A stretch of 64,000 nucleotides of DNA from Chthoniobacteraceae bacterium (GCA_035997375.1 DASYIS010000422.1:1380-65379); one strand, 5' to 3'. Positions 9,219 to 19,043 are shown, counted from the stretch's first letter. Notes: generated by a model from the sequence alone, not told the origin. Program-made: numbers and translations.

Positions 9219-9809
9219 ATGACCACCCGAAGCGCGCAGGTCGAACGCCGCACGACTGAAACCAACATCCGCCTCGCCCTCGGCATCGACGGCGCCGGCC
9301 AGGGCAACGTGCGGACGAAGATCCCGTTCTTCGACCACATGCTCATCCTCTTCGCCCGCCACGGCCTGTTCGACCTGGAGGTCGAGGCCGATGGCGACAT
9401 CGAGGTCGACTTCCACCACACCGTCGAGGACACCGGCATCGTCCTCGGCCAGGCCTTCGCGCGCGCGCTCGGCGACAAGCGCGGCCTCTGCCGCTACGGC
9501 CACGCCTACCTGCCGATGGACGAGACCCTGGCCCGCGTGGTCGTCGATTTCTCGGGCCGCCCGTATCTCGAGTTCCGCGCGCCGGCGCAGGTCGCCCCCA
9601 TCGGCCTCTTCGCCTTCCAGCTGGTCGAGGAATTCCTGCGCGCCTTTTGCGTCCACGCCGGGTGCAATCTCCACGTCGAGATCCTGTACGGCCGCGACGC
9701 CCACCACATGGCGGAGGCGATCTTCAAGGGCCTCGCGCGCGCGACCGACAGCGCCTGCCGGCTCGATCCCCGGGTGCAGGGAATTCCCAGCACCAAGGGC
9801 AGCCTGTAG
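9219..9809 (+). CDS. hisB: Imidazoleglycerol-phosphate dehydratase
   Basis: RRTTETNI, IPFFDHML, DFHHTVEDTGI, GRDAHHMAEAIFKGLARA and IPSTKG are the canonical HisB motifs. Confidence 0.95.
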   Translation: MTTRSAQVERRTTETNIRLALGIDGAGQGNVRTKIPFFDHMLILFARHGLFDLEVEADGDIEVDFHHTVEDTGIVLGQAFARALGDKRGLCRYGHAYLPMDETLARVVVDFSGRPYLEFRAPAQVAPIGLFAFQLVEEFLRAFCVHAGCNLHVEILYGRDAHHMAEAIFKGLARATDSACRLDPRVQGIPSTKGSL

Positions 9810-9918
9810 CGTCCCGTGGCAACCCACCGGCGGGCCGGCCAAGAAAGAGCGACTTCGCGCGAAAAAGAAGTTGCTCCCACGGGTGAACCGTCAGAGAGTT
9901 TCCGCCCCACAAGGAAAA

Positions 9919-9993
9919 TCCGGCGTAGCTCAGTGGTAGAGCAATCGGCTGTTAACCGATCGGTCGTAGGTTCGAATCCTACCGCCGGAGCCA
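9919..9993 (+). tRNA. tRNA-Asn: tRNA-Asn (anticodon GTT), CCA encoded
   Basis: Acceptor stem TCCGGCG/CGCCGGA, D arm AGCTCAGTGGTAGAGC, anticodon loop CTGTTAA, T arm GTAGGTTCGAATCCTAC, discriminator G plus CCA. Confidence 0.93.
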
Positions 9994-10070
9994 CTTGCGG
10001 TGCGGGTTGCGGGCGTTTCCGCGATCGGCGTGACAGTTTCGTGACAGTAAGTGTCCAGCCTTTGCGGAGA

Positions 10071-11012
10071 ATGAGTTCCCCCATCTTCAACGGAACGGAT
10101 TTTGGCAATTATCTCTTGGAGCTCGACCGAGACTTCGCCCGGGAGATGACGCTTAGCGACGCGGCGCGGACTTTGGCGCCTGCTCAGTGGTACGAGATTC
10201 TTGACGGGCGCCAACGCGCTGCGCGCATTATCGCCGATTGCAGCACGGGCGACGAGCGCGTCATCACCGTGGCGTTCCCGAGCGGCCCCACTTCATTTCG
10301 GCTTGTGTGGGATGCTACGCGGGCAGGGTGGGTTGCAGGCGAGTTGATCGGCTCGCGCGTCACTCACTACTTCGCTCCTTCGTCCGGCCGTGGTGCTGCG
10401 CTCACGTCTCTATGCAAGCGCGGGTTCGCAGGCATCGACGTCGTGATGACTGTCCCGAAATCTCTCGATCCGAAGCTCTGTAAAACTTGCCTCAAGCGAA
10501 TCCAAGAGACACGGGCCACTGCAGCAGGGGAATCAACTCCCACCCGACCGATGACCTATTTCCTTTTTGCCGGTGACCAGGTGCAGGGGCCGTTCGGTGC
10601 GCCGGATATAATGCAGATGATCCTGCAGGGGGAGGTGGACGGTTCCGCCAAGGTGTGCCGCGAGGGAGATGACGACTGGCGGCCGGTCGATGAGATCGTG
10701 ACCGTGGCGGCGCCGCCGCCATTGCCGGTGGCGACCTTGGCCGTGGCCTTGCCGCCCCCGCTGCCGATATCATCGTGCTCGCGGGGAGCTTACGTGATGC
10801 TCGGGATCTTTTTGGGCCTGCTGGGACTGCACAATTTCTACGCCGGCCGGTTCCGGGAAGGCGCAATCCAGATGGTTCTGACGGTCGTCTTTTGCTGGAC
10901 GCTGATCGTTCCCCTTTGCGTGGCCGTCTGGGTATTCGTCGACCTGATCGCCAATACGGTCGACGGAAAAGGGCGCCGGTTTCGAAGCGCGAATACGGCG
11001 CCGTTACGCTGA
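10071..11012 (+). CDS. GYF_2 (DUF4339) plus TM2-domain membrane protein (313 aa), probable prophage moron
   Basis: ATG at 10071 preceded by GGAGA. YFLFAGDQVQGPF..DDDWRPVDEI is GYF-like; MLGIFLGLLGLHNFYAGRFREG is TM2-like. The ORF-track start at 9816 runs through the tRNA and is rejected. Confidence 0.7.
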   Translation: MSSPIFNGTDFGNYLLELDRDFAREMTLSDAARTLAPAQWYEILDGRQRAARIIADCSTGDERVITVAFPSGPTSFRLVWDATRAGWVAGELIGSRVTHYFAPSSGRGAALTSLCKRGFAGIDVVMTVPKSLDPKLCKTCLKRIQETRATAAGESTPTRPMTYFLFAGDQVQGPFGAPDIMQMILQGEVDGSAKVCREGDDDWRPVDEIVTVAAPPPLPVATLAVALPPPLPISSCSRGAYVMLGIFLGLLGLHNFYAGRFREGAIQMVLTVVFCWTLIVPLCVAVWVFVDLIANTVDGKGRRFRSANTAPLR

Positions 11013-11837
11013 GTGCGTGAAGGGCCAGGCGGCGCGGAGTTGCTCGAGGGTGCCGGGGTAGCTGTTGCGGTCGGCGCCGTCGCTGCCGGGGACTTCGCGG
11101 GGCGGTTGGCCGCCCTGGCCGTCGGTGTATTGCAGGAGGGTCCATGCAGGCCAGTTGGGGAGGATGGGGCGCGGGTGCTCGCGCATGTCGCAGAGCCAGA
11201 GCGGGCACTGGGCGAAGAGGTCGTCGGCGCGGTCCTCGAGGAGATCGCGGAGCAGGCCGCCGCCGCCGTAGATCATCGGCATGCGGCCGGTGGCGTCGGC
11301 GACGGCGTGGATCCAATCGCGGCCTTCCTGGAGCGTCATGTCGGGGCCGGTCTCGTCGGGCTCGAAATCGAGGACACACAAAACCTTCGGGTCACTTCCG
11401 GCTTCGTCGCCCAGGAAATTGGCGGACTGCTTGCGCCCGTCGGCACCGGTGGCGAAGTGGTAGGCGCCCCAGAGAAAGCCCATCGCCAGCGCGGCTTCTT
11501 TGCGCGTCTGGTAGAGGCCGTCATCGTAACTCACGCCCTGGCTCGCCTTGTGAATGATCGCCGCGAAGCCCGCGGCTTTCAGTTTCTCGAGGTCGATTCG
11601 GTTGGCGTGGTTCACGTCGATGATGCCCGTGAATTGGCCCGCGACCATGAGCGGCCCGGCGCCGGCGCCGGCACCGATCGCCACCGGCTGGGCGAGCGTG
11701 GCGTCGGCGAGACGCGTGAACGCGGCGCGGCTCTTATCCCCGAGCTCGCCGTCGACTTTTCCGGCGTAGCCGGCGGGGGGATCAATGAGCAGGCGCTGGA
11801 GGGCGGCGGCGCGGTCGGCGAGGGAGAGCTGAGGCAT
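11004..11837 (-). CDS. Endolysin: N-terminal peptidoglycan-binding-like segment plus GH25 muramidase
   Basis: GIIDVNHAN..IIHKASQG..GAYHFA..LDFE..LLQYT is GH25-like. Start chosen at MPQLSLADR (11837) with GGAGG upstream. The upstream ORF extension is Arg/Pro junk. Confidence 0.85.
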   Translation of the reverse strand: MPQLSLADRAAALQRLLIDPPAGYAGKVDGELGDKSRAAFTRLADATLAQPVAIGAGAGAGPLMVAGQFTGIIDVNHANRIDLEKLKAAGFAAIIHKASQGVSYDDGLYQTRKEAALAMGFLWGAYHFATGADGRKQSANFLGDEAGSDPKVLCVLDFEPDETGPDMTLQEGRDWIHAVADATGRMPMIYGGGGLLRDLLEDRADDLFAQCPLWLCDMREHPRPILPNWPAWTLLQYTDGQGGQPPREVPGSDGADRNSYPGTLEQLRAAWPFTHSA

Positions 11838-11982
11838 ACGCCTCCCCGGCCCTGTCAATGCCGGCGCGCCGGGTGGGCGGCGCGCCGGGCGCGGCGGTCG
11901 AGCTCGGCGGCGATCCGGATCTCGGCGTCGGCGAGTCCGCGGGTCGAGCCCCAGCAGACGAGCAGCCAGGTCAGGAGAGCGC

Positions 11983-12594
11983 TCACCGGACGAGGACCTT
12001 GCCCGCGCCCTTGGTGGCGATGCCCATGACGACGTCGCCGGCGACCTTGGCCGTGGCGTCGCCGGCGCGCGTGATGTTGCGGCCGCGGGCATCAGTCGGC
12101 GCGGAGTGGTTCGGCGCGTCGATATCGAGCTCCGCGCGGCCGGGCGTGAGCACGAGGTGGAGGCGCGCGGCGTCGGCCGCGGTGCGAAAGCTCGCCGGAT
12201 GTTTGCCGTCGCCGAGCTGCAGCTTCGTCTCGGCGCAACCGGTGAAGCAGAGCGCGGCGGCGATGAGGGCGACGAGGGTTTTCTTGCCTTCGAAGAGATG
12301 CTGCACGGCGGCGAAGGTGGCGCTGAATTGCTTCATCGTCGCCGAGTTGTCGGCGACGACATTGACGAGCTGCGCGTTGCTGGCCTTCAGGTATTCGCCC
12401 TGGCTGTCCTGCACCTTGTCCAGGCGCTCAGACATCCGGTCGTGGCGGGCGGCGAAGTAGCGGGCGACGATCCAGAGCGCGGCGCCGCCGACCACGAGCA
12501 AGCCGAGGAACCACCACCGCATATCCTGCGCGGCGGCGTGGTCGATGAACTTGGTGGCGGTTTCGATTTGGGCGATTTGGGCGAGGAGCTCCAT
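11983..12594 (-). CDS. Lysis-cassette membrane protein (203 aa): N-terminal TMD plus coiled-coil-like region, with an in-frame internal lipoprotein signal (spanin-like)
   Basis: TMD WWFLGLLVVGGAALWIVARYF. Internal KKTLVALIAAALCFTGC lipobox at codon 120. Sits between the tail fibre and the endolysin. Confidence 0.6.
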   Translation of the reverse strand: MELLAQIAQIETATKFIDHAAAQDMRWWFLGLLVVGGAALWIVARYFAARHDRMSERLDKVQDSQGEYLKASNAQLVNVVADNSATMKQFSATFAAVQHLFEGKKTLVALIAAALCFTGCAETKLQLGDGKHPASFRTAADAARLHLVLTPGRAELDIDAPNHSAPTDARGRNITRAGDATAKVAGDVVMGIATKGAGKVLVR

Positions 12595-12619
12595 GGCTTC
12601 CCCGCCCGCGCTGTCAACG

Positions 12620-14209
12620 CTACTCGGTCACGAACGTGACGTGGATCGTCACGTCAGAGCCCGTCGTCTCGTCACCAGGGCTGCCATCCGTCGCAGTCCG
12701 CGCAATGAGCGACGCCCCGACGTACGGGGTTTTGAGGTTGTCCATGGACTGCAAGAGCATGCCCGCCCCATTGAACCCGCTCGTATCTCCCGAAAGGTTC
12801 GCCAACGGGATCTTCAAGATTGGCGAAAACACGCCGTCTCCGACATCGGAGTGAAGGTAGCCGATCTGCACTTCCGCGCTCGCCCAAGCGGTTGATCCGC
12901 TCATGGCAAAACTGGCATTCAGCAGCCGAAGCCCCTTGCCGGCCACGGCGGCGGCCAGCTCGACGGAATTCACGCCGGTGCCCGCAATGTCATTCGTGCC
13001 GTCAAAAAACGCAGCGGAGAAGATCATGCCGTTGCTGCCGGTGAACGAATGACCGGCGCCGGTCGAAGCCGCGAAGACGTGCAGCGCACTCGGGTTGGAG
13101 GGATTATCGTCCACGGCATCCCATCCATGCGCCTGCAAAAATGCAATGATCGCCTCCTTGACCGCGATGGCGTCCGGGTAGGAGTAATGGTAATCCAAGC
13201 CGTCGAAGGAATCGAAGAACCTGATGGCGATATCGGCGCCACTGTCACCGGTCGCCGAGGTTTCGTTCCCGAAGGTCACGGTGGTCGAAGTGCCGCCGTC
13301 AAACTGAATCGTGATCGAGCCCGGGGCGCAATCCGCGCCGCCCACCGGCGTGATTTGGTAGTACGCCTTCGTTCCCGACACCGGGGCGACGATTTTCGAC
13401 AGCACGCCGCTCGCCGCGCCGATGACAGATCCATCCGCACCGTCGGTGCCATTGGTCCCGTTGGTCCCGTTGGTCCCGTTGGTCCCGTTGGTCCCGTTGG
13501 TCCCGTTGGTCCCGTTGGTCCCGTTTGTTCCGTCCGCGCCTTTGAGCGCGAGATAGCCGCCCCAGGCGCCGGCCGACTTCGGCCCGTACAGGCGCGTGTG
13601 CGTCGTCTCGAGATAGAAGTCTCCGTTCGCCCCGTCGCCAGAGCCGGGGGCGGCCGCGCCAGACAGGATCACCGATCCGTTGGTGCCGTTCGTGCCATTG
13701 GTGCCGTTCGTCCCATTGGTCCCGTTCGTCCCGTCCGCGCCTTTGAGCGCGAGATAGCCGCCCCAGGCGCCGGTCGTCTTCGGCCCGTACAGGCGCGCGT
13801 GCGTCGTCTCGAGCCAGTAGTCGCCGTTCACCCCATCGCCGGAGCCCGGCGCCGCGGCCCCGGAAAGAATCACCGTCCCCGCCGCGCCGGCGGCGCCGGT
13901 CGCACCGGTCACGGTGTCGAGCAGCGGCTCGAAAGCATCGGCCGCGGAGCCGGTCTCGAGCAGATCGACGTCGGCCAGGACAAAGAGTTGCTTGGGCGTG
14001 GTCTGCTCGACGAGCGTCCCGTTGGTGCGGCCGGCCTTCGTGAGCGCCAGGCGCGCGGCCTCATTGGCGACGGTGATGCGATGCGCCCAGGCGAGACCGA
14101 ACAGGTTGCTGGCGTCGGCCGGCGTTTCGAACTCGAGCGGACCTCCGATGTTGATGGTGACTCCGGTGGGGAGGAGGCGGTTGACGCGCAGGGCGGGACG
14201 GGTGGGCAT
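12620..14209 (-). CDS. Tail fibre protein with collagen-like G-T-N repeats and an internal 65-aa tandem duplication
   Basis: Two blocks [42 protein letters not shown], each followed by (TNG)n. Position is distal to the tail genes. Confidence 0.8.
   Translation of the reverse strand: MPTRPALRVNRLLPTGVTINIGGPLEFETPADASNLFGLAWAHRITVANEAARLALTKAGRTNGTLVEQTTPKQLFVLADVDLLETGSAADAFEPLLDTVTGATGAAGAAGTVILSGAAAPGSGDGVNGDYWLETTHARLYGPKTTGAWGGYLALKGADGTNGTNGTNGTNGTNGTNGSVILSGAAAPGSGDGANGDFYLETTHTRLYGPKSAGAWGGYLALKGADGTNGTNGTNGTNGTNGTNGTNGTNGTNGTDGADGSVIGAASGVLSKIVAPVSGTKAYYQITPVGGADCAPGSITIQFDGGTSTTVTFGNETSATGDSGADIAIRFFDSFDGLDYHYSYPDAIAVKEAIIAFLQAHGWDAVDDNPSNPSALHVFAASTGAGHSFTGSNGMIFSAAFFDGTNDIAGTGVNSVELAAAVAGKGLRLLNASFAMSGSTAWASAEVQIGYLHSDVGDGVFSPILKIPLANLSGDTSGFNGAGMLLQSMDNLKTPYVGASLIARTATDGSPGDETTGSDVTIHVTFVTE
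13441..13535. repeat. Near-perfect 9-bp tandem array (CCCGTTGGT, about 8 copies) encoding (GTN)n; a degenerate second array lies at about 13678-13735
   Basis: Read directly from the sequence. Confidence 0.9.
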
Positions 14210-14256
14210 GCCCGCGCGGCGGTGTCAATGACGACGGGCGAGACGCCCGCCCTACC

Positions 14257-15546
14257 CTATGGGCAGAGTGAGGGGATGGTGATGCTGCCGCTCTCGGTAT
14301 GGGTGACCTCGGGGCCGCGCTCGTCTTCCGCCTGGGTCCAGGTCGCCTCGTAAGTGTGCGTGGAGCCGAGTGTCACGACGACCGGGGCGCTGTTCGACCA
14401 GACGTTGTCGGTCGGGCCGGTGAGCGTCTGGTCCACGTCGTCGATCTTGAGCGTCAGAACGATGGCGCTGCCGGCCTTCCCGCCGGTCGCCGTGACGGAG
14501 ACGGTGAGGTGGATCTCCGGCGGCTCGGAGACGTAGCAGGAGAGGTAGACGTCGTCGTGGCCCGGCGGATCCTCGGTCTCGTCGGCCACGCCGTCATCGC
14601 CGAGGCTGGTCCGCTCCGCGCCGGCCGGCGGGTCGAGCGTCGGCGCGAACGTCATCACCACCGGCTGGACGGCCCATGGGCCGATGGTCGTCGAGGCGTA
14701 GTAAGTGTATAGCGTGCCATCGAGCATGTAGGCATCGAGCCGCGCGTAAATGACGTCCTCGGGCTGCAATGGGATGCTGCAAAAGGCGCCCGCGGGCGCC
14801 CCTTGCACCGAGCCGCGGTCGAGCAGCAGCGGCGTGTTGTTGCCGGCACTCTTCTGGACGGTGTAGCCGAGGCCGGGCGTGATGCCGTCGCGCACGTAGC
14901 CCGGCACGACCGGCCCATACGCGCCCGGGAGGGCGGAGGCGGGGCCGGCAATGAGCGGCGTGCCCATGGCGCCGGTCGGCGCCGTGCCGACGCGGACCCA
15001 GCAGAAATACCCGATCGGGATGTTTCCGACGTCGTGCCGGTCGCTGAACTCGAAGTCGAGCTGGACGCCGCCGAGAAAGCCGGGCGGCACCACGGTGAAG
15101 CCGATCGTGCTGACGGAGACGCCGGGCGAAGCCGCGCCAAGGCTGGCCGAGACGAGCAGGTACTCGAGCACCGGCGCGGGACTGAGCGGGACCAGGCTGC
15201 CGCCGCCGGACTCGTCGCCGAGGATGAGGCCGAGGCCGCAGGCCTCCGGCGGGCCGTACGAGGCGGCGACGGCGGGCAGGTCGTCGGGCGTGCCAGGTCG
15301 GCTGCAGGCCGGCCGCGTCCCGTCTTCCCAAGGCTCGGTCACGTAATCCTTGGCGAGATATTCCTCATCCGTCATGTCGGTGGCTTGCGGCACCCGCCAT
15401 TGCTCCTGATCGCCAACCCAGGAGACGAATTCCCAGCCGTGGCCGCGGAAGACAAGCCACTGACGCCAGTTGCGCCGGCGCACCGCCCAGCCGTTCTTGC
15501 CGAGGATCTCCGCTTCCGGCCAATTGTAAACGGTGTCGGCGGCCAT
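14257..15546 (-). CDS. Phage distal tail/baseplate structural protein, hypothetical (429 aa)
   Basis: Longest ORF in operon orientation; abuts the upstream gene (15547). No family recognised. Confidence 0.7.
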   Translation of the reverse strand: MAADTVYNWPEAEILGKNGWAVRRRNWRQWLVFRGHGWEFVSWVGDQEQWRVPQATDMTDEEYLAKDYVTEPWEDGTRPACSRPGTPDDLPAVAASYGPPEACGLGLILGDESGGGSLVPLSPAPVLEYLLVSASLGAASPGVSVSTIGFTVVPPGFLGGVQLDFEFSDRHDVGNIPIGYFCWVRVGTAPTGAMGTPLIAGPASALPGAYGPVVPGYVRDGITPGLGYTVQKSAGNNTPLLLDRGSVQGAPAGAFCSIPLQPEDVIYARLDAYMLDGTLYTYYASTTIGPWAVQPVVMTFAPTLDPPAGAERTSLGDDGVADETEDPPGHDDVYLSCYVSEPPEIHLTVSVTATGGKAGSAIVLTLKIDDVDQTLTGPTDNVWSNSAPVVVTLGSTHTYEATWTQAEDERGPEVTHTESGSITIPSLCP

Positions 15547-16338
15547 TTACGCGGCGGGCTGTTGCGGGCGGATGACGCGGATCGGCATGGTCTGGAAGGC
15601 AAGGCGCGGAATCTCGGGACCGAAGGTGGCGTGCTCCGTATTCGCAAACTCCACCTCGAACTCGAGTCGCCCGTCGAAGAAGCTGCCGCTGTCATCCTCC
15701 TGGTCGGCGAGGGCGGCCGCGACAAGCTCGCCGGCGAGCTTCATGTAGAGCCGGTAAACCGTGGTCGCGCCGCTCCCGTATTTCTTGTAGAAGTGGACGC
15801 CGTCGACCGCCGCGGTGCCGCCGCCGCCCGCGCAGATGACGGCTTCGGTATCGGCCTCCTTGAGGGTCACGCGGAACTCGGAGACATCGAGGTCCTGGAT
15901 GACGTTGTTCTTCGTGACCTGCAAGCTGAAGAAGAGATCGTCGCCCTCCTTCGCCACGCAGCCCGGAGCGTCGGCCGTGGCTCCCGATGGCGACGGGATC
16001 GCGCCGGGGACATTCGGCTCCACGGCGCGCGTGGCGAGGTTGAGCTTGAGGTCGACGTCGGGCCCGGCCGACGCGGTCGTCGCCACGATCGGGATGTAGA
16101 GCACCACCTGGTCGGCGCCGTCGCCATTCGCCGCCTTCACCACCGGGTGCCAGAGGCCGTACGCGGTCGGCGCGCCGGAGATGAGCCCGGTCGAGCCATC
16201 GATGCTGAGGCCGGGCGGCAGGCCGACCGCGGTCCAGGTGACCCCGGCGCCCTGGAGCAGTGCGAGCTGCAGGTTGTAGGCGGCCCATTGCAGGCTGCCA
16301 AGGAGGCCGGTGTTGCGGCTGATTTGCGGTTTGGCCAT
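15547..16338 (-). CDS. Phage structural protein with putative Ig-like segment (263 aa)
   Basis: WTAVGLPPGLSIDGSTGLISGAPT resembles putative-Ig (cadherin-like) domains. Operon position. Confidence 0.7.
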   Translation of the reverse strand: MAKPQISRNTGLLGSLQWAAYNLQLALLQGAGVTWTAVGLPPGLSIDGSTGLISGAPTAYGLWHPVVKAANGDGADQVVLYIPIVATTASAGPDVDLKLNLATRAVEPNVPGAIPSPSGATADAPGCVAKEGDDLFFSLQVTKNNVIQDLDVSEFRVTLKEADTEAVICAGGGGTAAVDGVHFYKKYGSGATTVYRLYMKLAGELVAAALADQEDDSGSFFDGRLEFEVEFANTEHATFGPEIPRLAFQTMPIRVIRPQQPAA

Positions 16339-16345
16339 GGAAAGA

Positions 16346-18739
16346 TCAGGCGATTTTCGCGGAGCCGGCGGACGGGAACTCCCAGATGGCGCCCTTCGGA
16401 TTGACGACGGTGTCGACGGTGTCGAAGCGGTCGAGGTAACCGCGGACGACGAAATTCGCGGTGCTGGGCGCGCCGGCGTTGGCGGCCTCCGCGGTCGCGT
16501 AGACGATGCGGTCCGCGGTCATGGCATTGCTGAGGGAGCGCCGGATGATCGCGCCGAACTGGGCCGGCTCGGGGATGGCCGAGAGAATGAGCTGCTGCTC
16601 GAGGATGGGCGTCGCGGACCAGACGACGTCCTTGAGGTTGATGCCGATCGGCGAGGGCGTGGTGTCGGCGGTGACGCTGCCGACCTGGATGACGAGGACG
16701 AATTGCGCGCGCGTGTTGGCCGCGATCGTCGAGAGCTGGTGGGTGAAGTTGAGGCTCAGCGCCTGGCCCGGCCGCAACATGCGATCGTTGATCGGGAGGA
16801 CGAAGAGCTCGCGCTCCATGTCGGCCGCGTACCAGCTCTTGGTCGACGGCGACTGGTTGACCAGGTACCAGCCGCGGCCGTCGGAGCCGACGTACGCATT
16901 TGTGCTCACAACCGGGGACTTGTGCCCACGCAGGCCGGGCAGCACGACTTCGCTGCCGGTGTTTTTGTAGACCTTGCCGGCCGCGGCGGAGAGCGTCGGG
17001 ACGGTGGCGAAATCGTGATCGATCGCCGCCGAGACGTGGATCGCCGGCGGCAGCGCCGCGAGGACCGCGGGCGTGACCGGCACCTTGAAGTCGGTTGCTT
17101 TCGGAAAGCGGCCCGGGAAGATCTCCGGCGTGAGCGTGAGCGGGAGCTCGAAGGTCGTGTCGCCGGCGTCGAGCGAGACGCCGGGCGTCGAGAAGGCGAG
17201 CTGGTCCTCGATGTCGCCAAGCGTGGCGCCCGTGTCCTCGATGTAAGCCTCGAGCCCTTCGACCTGGCCGATGGTGACGGTGAGCCCCTCCATGAAGGCG
17301 GACTTCGGTCCCGCCGTGGTGAGCACCAGGCGCAGTCCATTGTTGGTGGGCGCGGTCGCGCAATAGACGATGACCTCGTTCGCGCTCGGCACGCCTTCGA
17401 CCAGCGGCTGCTCAATCTCGTACTCGCCGCCATAGGCGAGCACGCGACCGGTCGCATTGTCGATGAGGCACGGCGCCTGCAGGTCGCGCGTGGCGAGGTT
17501 GTGCGCGATCGAGTACTCGAGCGCCGTCCCGTCGCCAATGTTGCGCGCATAGGATTGCGTGCCGGTGATGACGTTGTTGCTGCCGGCTGGCACATAGCTG
17601 CGGTGGCGGACGGGCGTGAGCCATTTGATCGGCTGCACTTCGCCGAGCTCGGCGTAGTGGAGCTCGCGCGCCACGAAGACATCCTGCTGGCAGGAGAACT
17701 CCTGGCTGACCACTTCTTCATCGTCCGGATCCTCGTCGGCGTCGACGTATTGGATCTCCAGCTCGAGCGTGAGCTTGAGCAGGCCGTCCTTGAGCGCGGC
17801 ATCGGCGCGCAGCGCATCGGCGAGCTGCGCCTTGCTGAAGTCCAGCAGGAACGTGAGCGCGCCCGGCGCGAAGCTCTGCACGTGCGAGGTGATCGCCGAC
17901 TGGTTGACCCCGTTGAGCGGCCCGACGAATTCGATGTAGGCGCGATTCGCTTCCGGCACCGTGACGAGGAAGCGCGTCTTCCCGTCGGTGTAGAGGGCAT
18001 TCAGCGCGGCCGCGATGACCTTGGCGGTCGACTGGTTGGAGAGGGTCGTGGTCGAGCGGCCGGCAAAGGTGAGGTAGAATGTCCCCGCCCACTCCGGGTT
18101 CACCTCGAGGATCTGGATCTCGCTCGTGAGGGTGTCGCCGTCGGTGCTGCCGTCGCGGAACGGGAGGATCTTCGGCGCCGGCGGAAGCACGCGGCTTTCG
18201 TTGTCGGCCTCGGCATTGACGACGGGCGTCTGGCAGAGGCGCACCTCGTGGTACCAGGTCTCGTGTTTCTGGTAGGCGCGGATCCGGATCTTCGACTCGG
18301 GATCGAGCGTATTGGCGGCGAACCCCAGCGCCTGCGGACCGTCGCCGGCGCCCGTGAGCTCGAGCACCCACGTGCCCGCCTGGGCCGAAGTAATCGAGGC
18401 CAGGGCAATCCCGCTCGCGGTGAGGGCGGCGGTAATCGCGGCGCTGAACGCGGACGGCGCCGCGTCGAACGCGATCAGCCCGGAGATATGGGTATCGTTC
18501 CCCAGCCAGACGGAGAATTGCCCCGACGTGGGCGCCGTGGAGACGCGACCGATGGAGCAGCTCACGCTCCGGACGTTGACGGACCGCTCCGCCAGCTTCC
18601 CGTTGATCGTGTCGTACAGGCGGACGGTCGTCTTGCACTTATCGTCCTGGATGAAGGTCGGGAGCGTGATCGTCCCGCCGTCGGTCGTGGCGAGACGGCG
18701 CTGCGGAATGAGGGCGTTAAGGGTGATCTGACCGGGCAC
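16346..18739 (-). CDS. Large distal tail protein (797 aa), GTG start
   Basis: Size and position downstream of the tape measure and distal tail genes. TTGACA motif 13 nt upstream of the GTG. Confidence 0.75.
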   Translation of the reverse strand: MPGQITLNALIPQRRLATTDGGTITLPTFIQDDKCKTTVRLYDTINGKLAERSVNVRSVSCSIGRVSTAPTSGQFSVWLGNDTHISGLIAFDAAPSAFSAAITAALTASGIALASITSAQAGTWVLELTGAGDGPQALGFAANTLDPESKIRIRAYQKHETWYHEVRLCQTPVVNAEADNESRVLPPAPKILPFRDGSTDGDTLTSEIQILEVNPEWAGTFYLTFAGRSTTTLSNQSTAKVIAAALNALYTDGKTRFLVTVPEANRAYIEFVGPLNGVNQSAITSHVQSFAPGALTFLLDFSKAQLADALRADAALKDGLLKLTLELEIQYVDADEDPDDEEVVSQEFSCQQDVFVARELHYAELGEVQPIKWLTPVRHRSYVPAGSNNVITGTQSYARNIGDGTALEYSIAHNLATRDLQAPCLIDNATGRVLAYGGEYEIEQPLVEGVPSANEVIVYCATAPTNNGLRLVLTTAGPKSAFMEGLTVTIGQVEGLEAYIEDTGATLGDIEDQLAFSTPGVSLDAGDTTFELPLTLTPEIFPGRFPKATDFKVPVTPAVLAALPPAIHVSAAIDHDFATVPTLSAAAGKVYKNTGSEVVLPGLRGHKSPVVSTNAYVGSDGRGWYLVNQSPSTKSWYAADMERELFVLPINDRMLRPGQALSLNFTHQLSTIAANTRAQFVLVIQVGSVTADTTPSPIGINLKDVVWSATPILEQQLILSAIPEPAQFGAIIRRSLSNAMTADRIVYATAEAANAGAPSTANFVVRGYLDRFDTVDTVVNPKGAIWEFPSAGSAKIA

Positions 18740-18801
18740 GCCCCGCCGGCGGTGTCAACCACCGCCGGAAGGGCCAATCGGCAAAGACCAAGGGCCAAAC
18801 G

Positions 18802-19014
18802 CTAGCCGCGCGCGGTGTCGCCGTAGAGCAGGCGGACGCTGGCGTCGGCCGAAGTCACGATGCAGCCGCCGCGGAAGTGCGTGATATGAACCGGGGCCGT
18901 GGTCAAGATCACCGTGCCTGGCTGCTCCGGGTCGCAGGAGTACTCGATGGGGACGCCGGCGCAGACGGCCAGGCAGAAGCGATCGGCTTCGGTGAGATCC
19001 TCGGGGCGGGCCAT
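18802..19014 (-). CDS. Small hypothetical phage protein (70 aa)
   Basis: Start chosen at MARPEDL. The upstream part of the track ORF looks like junk. Confidence 0.45.
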   Translation of the reverse strand: MARPEDLTEADRFCLAVCAGVPIEYSCDPEQPGTVILTTAPVHITHFRGGCIVTSADASVRLLYGDTARG

Positions 19015-19043
19015 GATTGAGTGCGCATTCCAGACGCTCAGAG

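Noticed and set aside
9816-10070. N-terminal 85 codons of the track ORF 9816..11012
   Set aside because: The stretch reads straight through tRNA-Asn. A good ATG with GGAGA occurs at 10071.
13441-13735. Regular short repeats that could suggest a CRISPR array
   Set aside because: The period is 9 bp with no spacers, and the repeats are in frame within a collagen-like (GTN)n coding tract of the tail fibre.
16310-18805. 831-aa + strand ORF and several other long ORFs (16137..17363, 16906..18000, 17718..18638, 18755..20161, 19248..20306, 21753..24173, 30310..32094, 45367..47865, 51692..53947)
   Set aside because: All are antisense or off-frame shadows of well-supported minus-strand phage genes. 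Their products are R/G/A/P/D/E low-complexity sequences without motifs.
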